A stretch of DNA of 64,000 nucleotides, from the NCBI GenBank assembly GCA_964019335.1, contig OZ025649.1, forward strand, positions 372,001-436,000, given 5' to 3'. The notes under the pieces were generated by a model. The model had not been told where the DNA came from. It did not search any database and worked only from the letters and a program-made list of their open reading frames with translations. Position numbers and translations under genes: made by a program. This stretch comes from Diplonema japonicum (taxonomy: Eukaryota > Protista > Euglenozoa: Diplonemea). Below, in pieces: positions 22,601 to 30,090 of this stretch. The stretch's first letter is position 1. Every line of letters begins with the position of its first letter.

Positions 22601-22955
22601 TATCCTTCTCCTCGCTGCCGTTGTGACTCTGCTAGCAAAAGTCGTAGTTGATGTGGGAAGCGAGCTGTACATTTTGGTGACAGGGCAGCGAAGGGTGATT
22701 CAAGAACAGACGTTCAATGATCATGACGAGAAGAGCGAGCTTGTTGCGCTCGAACCTATGCAAGATGTGGGATCAAGTTCTGTTCCATACTCTTTTGGAG
22801 GTGAGACGCTGCACACTCTCCCGTTGAGTAGAAGCAGAACGAAAACATCAAGCGCGGTTTCATTCAAGATAACTGAGGAGGAGTACAAGACCCACTATGC
22901 CCTTGCCTATGATGAGATGCAAACTCGTAGGAAGCAGTTACTTACAAGATTGTGA
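19611..22955 (+). CDS. Surface membrane protein: signal peptide, LVIVD-like beta-propeller, T/P/A mucin stalk, multi-pass C-terminal TM domain
   Basis: MGRCLVLLALCLQVVVG signal. AFVATGTAVKAMDLS, AYACCNTDLISYDITNP and YIYCVTNSGFEVF are repeat-like. PTA-rich stalk. LHPTQI...GAVVGNI...FPSAPMFVFQFLYQG and several TM helices resemble euglenozoan DGF-1/Bodo-type membrane tails. Confidence 0.8.
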   Translation: MGRCLVLLALCLQVVVGMKPSLAGSGVVGGTSTAYGNGFAFVATGTAVKAMDLSGVPNYASPGGVVSESSAYSGSFTAVAATNSDVYALTLTGQLYILKNPSLGFSASSPATGTECHHLAMAAKCAYACCNTDLISYDITNPASSISTQSVSLRGACHSVVLSDAGDRVYFWVDIMTHYDLEYYVTDSSCSLTPGAFYTAGAVTPVDLAFDKQLYALSTQQLFVLDTTNTLLPDPNLSVGTPFASLVIESSNLLYLSSASGTLAPVDTTTNPIFDIMAEFGSASAGCNDLAYANSYIYCVTNSGFEVFGKNDLTGTPTATSTAAPATIAPTAVPTDAPPTTQPTVVPTTAPTTATPTAVPTDAPPTVQPTAVPTVAPPTAVPTAVPTVSPSTAQPTAAPTVAPTTATPTAVPTVSPPTAQPTAAPTVAPPTATPTAIPTISPSTAQPTATPTVAPTTAITTAVPTVSPPTAQPTAAPTVAPPTAQPTAVPTAAPATFAPTAQPTGIPPTATPTAAPSTTQPTAAPTVAPTTAIPTAVPTVSPPTAQPTGIPPTSQPTAVPTGAPLTIAPTSMPTAPPTATPTAQPTAAPPTSTPTVVPTNTPTTHPTAAPTASPTTAEPTAQPTGIPGTTLPTAQPTSIPTVPPTQITAVPTMQPTLVPTLTPSSAPQTITPTVAPTTAPATVAPATNAPQVIEEEDAIKAVGGAAAVGSIVGVSSAGPAMRLVVVAGQCNPNETALTLPRTLHPTQIKIGDSDALGAVVGNIATCLVFTCLCYLAVQVLKGCGKNMFTALDSQGMARFPSAPMFVFQFLYQGTTLAAMRLLMHPPFLLGFIVGFLTLAVCFVLPLYFFNVVRKAVPELAYYREAERTKLETVALGKGEWVSRHRSNHWVNRHAAIMRTYKQDTAWFMFVELCASFALAGIQAAIVESWAGCGHQKMFAALVFAILLALEAVMWPHARHRDSCVDFIGLGLQACAMVMLAIGYYKGGVTYWTFELGGILLLAAVVTLLAKVVVDVGSELYILVTGQRRVIQEQTFNDHDEKSELVALEPMQDVGSSSVPYSFGGETLHTLPLSRSRTKTSSAVSFKITEEEYKTHYALAYDEMQTRRKQLLTRL
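20601..21080 (+). repeat. Coding minisatellite, 78-nt period (26 aa, two 13-aa subunits)
   Basis: actgcagt/acagcagt-type unit starts at 20601, 20679, 20757, 20835, 20913, 20991 and 21069. Degenerate copies continue to ~21680. Confidence 0.9.
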
Positions 22956-22969
22956 TTTTTTTTTTTTTT

Positions 22970-23854
22970 GCTGCAGCACCTCTGCGACGTGTGTGAGGAA
23001 CGGTTCGGCAGCTACACGGAGGTGCTGGAGCACGCCCTCTGGCGATGCGAGCCGGGTGTCGCGGTGCAGAGCAAGGTGGAGTACGCGAACCTGGACCCGG
23101 CAGCTATGCCGAAGGCGACGAGGCTCCATGGGGTGGTGCCCAGAGGCTGCCAAGACAAGCCAAGGGCCTTACTGGTGCAGAAGTACCTGCTGGAGGTAGT
23201 CACGCGGAGGGATGCAGCGGTGGAAGCGAACCGCGCACTGCAGACACAAGCTTACCCGTGGCGGGCGGTCGTGACGGGGAGGGCGCACCCGACGCCGGCG
23301 GTGTCTGAACTACGAAGGCTGGGGGCGTCAGGAACGGTGATGGACAAGCTGCTGAGGCCGGTGCTGAGGTGGTTGGGAGGCCTGCTGTGGGATGACGCGC
23401 CTGGTCGGCACACGGCGGTGACGACGTTAGAGCTGGCCCTCGACTTCGAGCGGGAGATGGAGCTGCCGCTGGACGACGGCGGGGAAGTGGGCAAGGTGGA
23501 GGACCTGGGCGTCAAGGCAAGGAGGCTACGGTATGTGCTGAGACGAGTCCAGGACCTGTACCACGCTGATGGCAGAGGGGTAGCGTTCCCAGCGGCGCGA
23601 GTGGAGCGCGTCAACTCCCTACGCTGTATCGGAGGACCGACCACACACGGGTATGACAGGAGGCCAGTACTCCCGGAACGAACCATGAGTAGCATCGAAG
23701 GCTTGCGGGACAGGTACCTGTCGCAGACACCGACAAGGCTGCCCCGCAGCATGACCACCGCAGTAGGAACCCGCCAGAGCCCCCAGAACGGGGACAACGG
23801 GGACTAAGCGCAGCGCGGCCGGTGAGCGCAAAAACGCATACCTTAAAAGAATAG
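22970..23854 (+). mobile_element. Probable 5'-truncated non-LTR retrotransposon (LINE ORF2 C-terminal end plus short 3' UTR)
   Basis: Abrupt GC-rich block in a T-run just after a stop codon, with no ATG. CCHC zinc knuckle CDVC...EVLEHALWRC and TTLELALDFE motif. Stop at 23807, then a short tail. No RT domain in the fragment. Confidence 0.65.
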
Positions 23855-24373
23855 TTTTTTTTTTTGATTCTTATATTTTGTTTCTCACGCAGGGGGCCGT
23901 GTTTACCACCCCCCCCCCCTCCCCTGACTTTTTTTTTCTCACCTTCCAGGAATAGTTTCTCGTCTCGTATTATCGTATCATCTTTTTTTTCCTTTTTTTT
24001 TCTCTTTTTTTTTTCCCTTCCTCCCTGTTAAGGAATGAAGAATGGAATGAGAACTGGTACGTTTCGTTATATTTTTCTTCTTGTTGATTTTGCCCGTTCG
24101 TCTCCTTTTTTTTTTCTTTTCTTTCAACTAAAAGTAATCTTTAAATAAATGACTTCTGAGGGGAATATTATTCTTATACCTTTCACACCATTCATGAAAA
24201 TCAGTTCATGTATAATTTCAACATGCCCCTCGGGTGCAAAAAAAAAAAAAGAAAAAAAAAAGAAAAACAACAACACACTTACAACTAAAAACAAGCAATT
24301 GTTTTACTTCCAGCGTATTTGTCCCTATTTTTTATCTGTATTTGAAAAATGTTAAGCGGGGGTAATGAAATAA

Positions 24374-25613
24374 CCCCTAAACGCCCGCGCGGACGTTTTT
24401 GTCCTTATTTCAAAATTTGCTTTTTCGCTAAGTACTTTTTTTTGAACACGGCCCCTGGACTTCAAAATATGGCATTGTTGCGCGGTTTATTTTGTCTTGG
24501 AACTACATTTTGCGTTAAAAGTTTGTTTTAATTGAAACCGGCAGGGTTGGCTTAAAATGAAATCAGATGGTCAAAATAGCAGCGAAAACGTGAGTCTCCC
24601 CCTACTGGTCAGATAAAGAAGAAAAAGACGATGAGGCGGTCAAAGAGGGGCCGGAAACGATGCTTGGGTGGGAGAAATACTCCCAAAGGCCCGAAACATA
24701 TCATTTCCGTGAAAAGGTGGGCTTAGGACACCTCTAGGTGAAGCGGCCAATGAGGAGGGTGTTTTTAATCTTTTTTTAACACACTCAGTACTTGAGCTCA
24801 TAGTTTCTTCCCCGAACGGTCGTTTCGATTCAAAAAAAACAGCGGAATCTGAATCTTTCCATCCCAGAGTACGAAATTTGGCTTGGGTTGGTCCTGTTAA
24901 TGGGTTTACGCTCGGCACCGAACATGAAGAGCTACTGGACAACAAATTCTATTTTAACCATCCCGGCTTTTGAGAAAATGAGCAAACCGATTCGTTGGCA
25001 TGCAGCGCTACCTCACCTTTGACAACCTGGAAAACATCAGTAAAGCCTGAAACTGCACCTCATGCGCAGGTTTCTTGACATCATTGTCAACCGGTGTAGG
25101 ACTGTGTGGACCCCTGGCAAGTGGTTGTCTGTTGACGACAGTGTTACCCGACAACAATAAAAGTCATGACACCACGAAAAAACAACTCGGTGGGCATCAA
25201 GGTAATCGCTACATGCGACTCATAAAGCGGTTTGCATGCTACCCCAGCTGAAAAAAAAACTTACAAGTTGCTTTTTTCATCCCACAGCCCCAAAAAGTCT
25301 CCAGACTGACCTCAATCCTAGAGTTCAGGGCACCAAAGAGGGCTGAATGCTGCCCTTTTTAGCCCAGCCATAACTCCACGAACCCCCCAAGACAAGACCC
25401 CCCAAAATCGGACATAAAAAGTACCCCCTCAACCCCCCTCTTACACACAAAGTTAAGTGTTCTCATCTGAATCTGGCACCTGGAATTGAAAATTTTAGTA
25501 CCGTTTACCCTTTCCTTGCACCTTCCTATGGTTGCATGCTGCCCTTTTTTTGAGTATTCAAAGCAACAACGAAAATGGGGGGGTACCGTAGATAGGCTCC
25601 GGGCGTTTAGGGG
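24374..25613 (+). mobile_element. Defective, internally deleted piggyBac DNA transposon (1240 bp)
   Basis: Perfect 14-bp TIRs CCCCTAAACGCCCG (24374-24387) and CGGGCGTTTAGGGG (25600-25613). ATAA on both flanks (24370-24373, 25614-25617). Transposase remnants inside. Confidence 0.9.
24880..25235 (+). pseudogene. piggyBac (DDE_Tnp_1_7-type) transposase remnant
   Basis: Frameshifted pieces read LLMGLRSAPNMKSYWTTNSILTIPAFEKMSK / RFVGMQRYLTFDN / KLHLMRRFLDIIVNRCRTVWTPGKWLSVDDS / IKVMTPRKNNSVGIKVIATCDS*SG. These match the piggyBac YW...MSR.RF...PG..LSVDESM...P.KP..WGIK...CDS..G blocks. Confidence 0.88.
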
Positions 25614-26143
25614 ATAAAAGAAAAAGAAACCTCCCCCTCGTTCTCTCTCCGTCTCCGTCTCTCCCCCATTTTTTCTTTGTGGCTCGTTTCTATGTTCAAT
25701 GGGGTTTTCGTGTAACTGAGAGAAGGAAATTAAGAAAAGGGGGACCCCCCCCCCCCCCCTCCCCCAAGAAGCGCCTAAGAAAAAGAATATTAACTGCAAG
25801 ATGAATGTCGAGGCTACTGAAGGCCTCCGTCGGTTTTCACTTTTTGCAGCATTCAGTTTTACTAATATATATGAATTTTTTCAAGAAAAAAAGCCTTTTC
25901 TAATAGCTTCTTGCTTTTTTCACTGTTAAAAAAGCAAGAGGGGGAAAAAAAAAAAGAAGGATTTAAAAAAAACTTATCAACGGTGCGGGTGTCACCGCCA
26001 CCCCCCCCCCCCCCCCCCCCTTTCGGCGTGTTGCTTTAAAGCAATGTCGTGATTATTACATGTTGTGTTACCTTTCCTTATCTTTCTATTCCGCTTGCTT
26101 TGACAAATGTGTAGATCAAGGAGGGGCGAGGGAAGGGGCAAAG

Positions 26144-28162
26144 ATGAAAGTGGGAGGCAAGAAGATGCTTCCAAGGGTGCAGCAAGCACCGAAATCAAGC
26201 AATAAAATGAAACAGGAGTTTTTCTCCAAAGGCGTGAAAATGGCAGTGGCAAAAAACACAATCATCCAAATCTGCGATACCTGCAAAGTGAGCCCCGACA
26301 CCTTCCGGGACATGGGCGCGGCATGTGGACAGCTAGTACGAGTCTGCACAGGACCTGAAGACGCAGAAGGCCGAATCTTCAAGATATCCCCTGGAAACAA
26401 GATGCTCAAGGGAGTAGTTGGCCTTCCAACAGGCTTTCCTAAAACCATCACCCACGTCATCTTGAAGCATTGCCAAGGGATGGAAGTGCAACGGGCCGCA
26501 GAGCTCATCGCCGAAACTTCTTCTATCGTCACGAAGGGTGTGAAGCAAGTCCTTCTAGAACACCTTGCAGGCAAGGTGCTTCAAACAGCTGGAACCAACA
26601 TCTCTTTCACCGTCTTAGGTACAGAGTACAGCTTCGTGGTCAAAAGGCCCCTCGACACTACCTTACGTGCACAGTATGTCACAACGGAAACAAATGTGAT
26701 ATTCAAGTCGGAAAGCAGCGGAGTAGTAGAGCCATCCCACGTTGAGCGTCCAACACAGTTCCCCGTTGCACATTGGGAAACACTCCTTGCAGGCAACGTC
26801 AAGAAAATTACCCTGGAGGGCGAAACGGGGGTGGGGAAGACTTACTGCGCGGAGAAGTGGTGCAAGTTGCACCATGACACATGGATCACCCTCACAGACG
26901 CTAACATAAACGACGGTGCGTTGGGCAGGGCACGCAATGTCATCAAAAACAGCGCACCATGCTGCGTCATTGTTGACAACGTGCAGAGCGACGACTCAGT
27001 ACTGAGTATAGAAGACCTCATGGAGCTGGACAAGGATGACAGCGCAGTTGTGGTTGTATGCAAAACATCGGAAGGATCAGGAAAGATGAAGCAGCTTGGG
27101 TACGCAGTCCCCCTTGAGACACCCTCCAACGCAGCAGAGAGGACGCAGCTGCTACGGCAGATAATCGATGTAAAGAAAGCGAACCTCAAACGGGACTTTG
27201 ATGCAGCCGACGTCGAGGCAGCAGCCAGCAAGACACACGGCTTCACAGCCGGGGACTTGTCAATGCTCGTCTCCTACTCTGTCATGGTTGATGGCAGTCT
27301 CGTCTCTGCTGCAGGCAAACTCCGCCCGTCATCGTTGAAAACCCTTGATATCTCCGTTCCCTCCGTGAGATGGTCAGACGTGGGTGGACAGGACGAGGTG
27401 AAACAACTCCTCAAAGAGTGCGTGGAGTGGCCGCTGAAGCACTCTGATATGTTCCGTAAGCTGAGCATCAAGCCCCCCTCAGGTGTGCTTCTCTATGGCC
27501 CCCCCGGCTGCTCGAAGACCCTCCTTGCTAAGGCGCTTGCAACCGAATGCACCTACAACTTCATTGCTGTCAAAGGCCCTGAGCTGTACGACAAGTATGT
27601 GGGTGAGAGTGAAAAGGCAGTCAGGAATGTGTTTTCGAAAGCAAGAGCGGCAGCACCAACGGTCATATTTTTCGATGAGATTGACGGGATGTGCGGGAAG
27701 AGGGGCTCTGGGGGTGTCACAGACCGTGTCATCAGCCAGTTTCTTACGGAAATGGATGGGCTGCCTGCACAGAACACAAAAAACCACGTCATAGTGCTGG
27801 CTGCAACGAACAGGCCCGACAACATCGACCCTGCTCTAATGCGGCCAGGTAGGATCGATCGCAAAGTGTACATCACACTACCGACAGAAACCGCGATACT
27901 GGACATCTGCAATATCACTCTCAAGGACATACCACTTGCACCCAACGTGGACCTTTCTAAAGTAGCCTCCCTCCTTGTGGGACGCAGCGGCGCCGAGGTA
28001 GTTTCAGCTCTGAAAGAAAGTGTCCTAACCTGCCTCAACCGTGACTCGTCGGCCGTGTGTGTCGACCAGCGTGACCTGATAAGAGGACTCCGGAAGGTTC
28101 AGCCCCGCACCAACGCCCAAGATTTAGCCTTTTATGAAGCATGGGGTTCGAAGGGAAAGTGA
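26144..28162 (+). CDS. AFG2: AFG2/SPATA5 (Drg1)-like AAA+ ATPase
   Basis: D2 has [29 protein letters not shown] and [22 protein letters not shown]1 is divergent ([14 protein letters not shown]). GPPGCSKT is characteristic of AFG2/SPATA5. Confidence 0.8.
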   Translation: MKVGGKKMLPRVQQAPKSSNKMKQEFFSKGVKMAVAKNTIIQICDTCKVSPDTFRDMGAACGQLVRVCTGPEDAEGRIFKISPGNKMLKGVVGLPTGFPKTITHVILKHCQGMEVQRAAELIAETSSIVTKGVKQVLLEHLAGKVLQTAGTNISFTVLGTEYSFVVKRPLDTTLRAQYVTTETNVIFKSESSGVVEPSHVERPTQFPVAHWETLLAGNVKKITLEGETGVGKTYCAEKWCKLHHDTWITLTDANINDGALGRARNVIKNSAPCCVIVDNVQSDDSVLSIEDLMELDKDDSAVVVVCKTSEGSGKMKQLGYAVPLETPSNAAERTQLLRQIIDVKKANLKRDFDAADVEAAASKTHGFTAGDLSMLVSYSVMVDGSLVSAAGKLRPSSLKTLDISVPSVRWSDVGGQDEVKQLLKECVEWPLKHSDMFRKLSIKPPSGVLLYGPPGCSKTLLAKALATECTYNFIAVKGPELYDKYVGESEKAVRNVFSKARAAAPTVIFFDEIDGMCGKRGSGGVTDRVISQFLTEMDGLPAQNTKNHVIVLAATNRPDNIDPALMRPGRIDRKVYITLPTETAILDICNITLKDIPLAPNVDLSKVASLLVGRSGAEVVSALKESVLTCLNRDSSAVCVDQRDLIRGLRKVQPRTNAQDLAFYEAWGSKGK

Positions 28163-28236
28163 GAGAAGATGTTCACTCCTTTTCTTTTCATCTGTTTCAG
28201 TTAAAAAAAAGGCAGCACAGGTCTGGAAACATAAAA

Positions 28237-28932
28237 ATGGTGCTGTGTGGATGCGGGTCAGTAGTGCAACCAGCGTCACTCAAGACGCATAAGCTATCCA
28301 AAAAACATAAAAACTGGGCAAAAGACAACGAGGATACCGAGAAAGAAAGCAGTAGCTCGGATGACAGCACAAGTGAGAGCACGGAGTCGGATAGCGATAG
28401 CGATAGCGAAAGCGAAAGCATAGAACAGACACCAAAGAAAAAACCGAAGCGTGGGTCGAAAGCAGCAGCACCAAAAACTGAGCCAGCGAAACGTGGTACA
28501 GCGCCTGCGCCTGTCTTTGATCCGCGACCTGAACCTGTTGAGATACCGAAAGATTTGAAACTGAAACCTGCACCTTCACCCATTGAACCCATCGTTGAGT
28601 GTGAGTGCGGCGCAGTGGTTGCTGAACGCGTCCTACGCAACCATCTTGGTTCTACAAAACATCAAAACTGGAAAACTGGAAGCCAGCCCATCAATCTTGT
28701 CATCAAGTTCCTCAGGGATCCCCCTGTGGTCCTCCCATTACCCGTTACAGCAACCGTTGCCACCCTCTTGGAAACCCTCTACAAGCAGAAAGGCTTCAAC
28801 TCCAGCAATGCCAGCGCACCCGGCAACTCCGTGCGCCTCATCTGCGGTGGTAAAGATCTAGTTGTTGAAAAGACGCTCGTGACACAGGGCGTGCGGAGTG
28901 GTTCCGACGTTCATTACATTGTGGTATTGTGA
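28237..28932 (+). CDS. Twin CxC-H-H zinc-finger protein with C-terminal ubiquitin-like domain
   Basis: CGCG...HKLSKKH and CECG...HLGSTKH. The C-terminus VRLICGGKDL...TL...GV..GSDVH fits a ubiquitin-like fold. Confidence 0.7.
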   Translation: MVLCGCGSVVQPASLKTHKLSKKHKNWAKDNEDTEKESSSSDDSTSESTESDSDSDSESESIEQTPKKKPKRGSKAAAPKTEPAKRGTAPAPVFDPRPEPVEIPKDLKLKPAPSPIEPIVECECGAVVAERVLRNHLGSTKHQNWKTGSQPINLVIKFLRDPPVVLPLPVTATVATLLETLYKQKGFNSSNASAPGNSVRLICGGKDLVVEKTLVTQGVRSGSDVHYIVVL

Positions 28933-29127
28933 AAATTTGATAACAAACAATAACTAAAAATTCAGACCAAGTAAGCTTAGATTTGATTGAACCATCTCCT
29001 ATCTCCTTTTGGTTAAACTTTCTTTTTACTAGAGTGATGCATTAGAGTTCATCATTACCCGCAAACCTTGGGTGAGTCCATCATGAAATGATATATATAG
29101 CATAAAGACGCGGCTTACTTTCCGTGA

Positions 29128-29199
29128 GCCCACCTAGCTCAGCGGTAGAGCGTTGGACCTTTAATCCAATGGTCGTGGGTTCGATCCCCACGGTGGGTG
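29128..29199 (+). tRNA. tRNA-Lys(UUU), with atypical C33
   Basis: Cloverleaf: GCCCACC/GGTGGGT acceptor, GCTC/GAGC D arm, TTGGA-CCTTTAA-TCCAA anticodon arm, GTGGG-TTCGATC-CCCAC T arm, G73. Confidence 0.92.
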
Positions 29200-29200
29200 C

Positions 29201-29207
29201 TTTTTTT
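29201..29207 (+). terminator. RNA polymerase III oligo-T terminator
   Basis: T7 run 1 nt after the tRNA discriminator base. Confidence 0.75.
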
Positions 29208-29228
29208 ATAGCTCAACAGTGGTGGAAA

Positions 29229-29962
29229 ATGCAAGGAAAACGCGATGATTTTAGACAAGGGACTCCAAGGGTGGAATTATCGCAGTACCAAAAAAAAGCG
29301 AAAGAGTTGGACATTGATAGGGAGAGCATGAACGAGTTGGTGATGAATTATTTACAAATAGAGGGTTTCAAAGAAGCAGCAGCGGCCTTTAGAGATGAAG
29401 CCGATGTGACAGCGGGAAATTTGGAGTCTATAACTGAGAGAGTGGATGTCAGGAAACACTTACAGAGCGGTGATGTGAAGAAGGCGAAGGATAAAGTCGA
29501 AGAGCACTTCCCTGGGGTATTGGAGGATGAGGAGCTAGCGTTCAGATTCAAATTTCAAGAGTTAATAGAACTCATAAAGCAAGGGGATTCAGACGGGGCA
29601 CTGCAGTACGCAACAGACAACATTTCAAGTGAGGAACTGTCGACTCAAAACTTAGAGCAGCTTGAGAACACCCTGTGCCTCCTTGCCTTCGAGGACCCTT
29701 CCAAGTGTAAATACTCAAGCCTCTTGGACCCCGCTCAGCGAGCTCAAACTGCGTCTTCAGTGAATTCTGCAATCCTCCGGGAGTCTTCTCAAGACCCCAC
29801 TCCACAACTACAGCTTGTGATGCGTCTCTTATACTGGATTGAGTCGAAACTTCAAGAAGACCTTCAGTATGTCAAAGAGGAAAATAAAGAGAATACCAAA
29901 GGTTCCCCCATGTCGATGAAGCTATCCGGCCTCCTTACGATCCTGATGACGAAGAGCTATGA
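29229..29962 (+). CDS. GID8: GID8/TWA1 (LisH-CTLH-CRA) subunit of the GID/CTLH E3 ligase
   Basis: MNELVMNYLQIEGFKEAAAAF (LisH), QELIELIKQG (CTLH), LENTLCLLAF...QRAQTASSVNSAIL (CRA). Intron 29867-29901 gives ...EDLQFPHVDE...EEL* at 29960-29962. Confidence 0.9.
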
Positions 29963-30090
29963 TGCGAGCGAAGAAATAAAAAAGTGCTTGCACCCATTCC
30001 TTCGTAGTGTGCCATATAACATAGAGAACAGGGTAGCGTCGAGTCTCCGTTTCTATCAATTAACCCATTCCCCGTTTCAAAGGTACACAA

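Noticed and set aside
28955-29090. Possible snRNA/snoRNA next to the tRNA (U5-like ctttttact loop on +; ATGATG...CTGA-T-run on -)
   Set aside because: The loop lacks the GCC of U5 loop 1 and the stem is weak. The C/D-like boxes have no terminal stem. Not supportable without an Infernal/Rfam search.
29153-29169. Reading the tRNA as a UUA (ochre suppressor) anticodon
   Set aside because: The perfect TTGGA/TCCAA stem fixes the 7-nt loop with TTT at 34-36. Shifting the register breaks the stem, and TAA ends several genes here.
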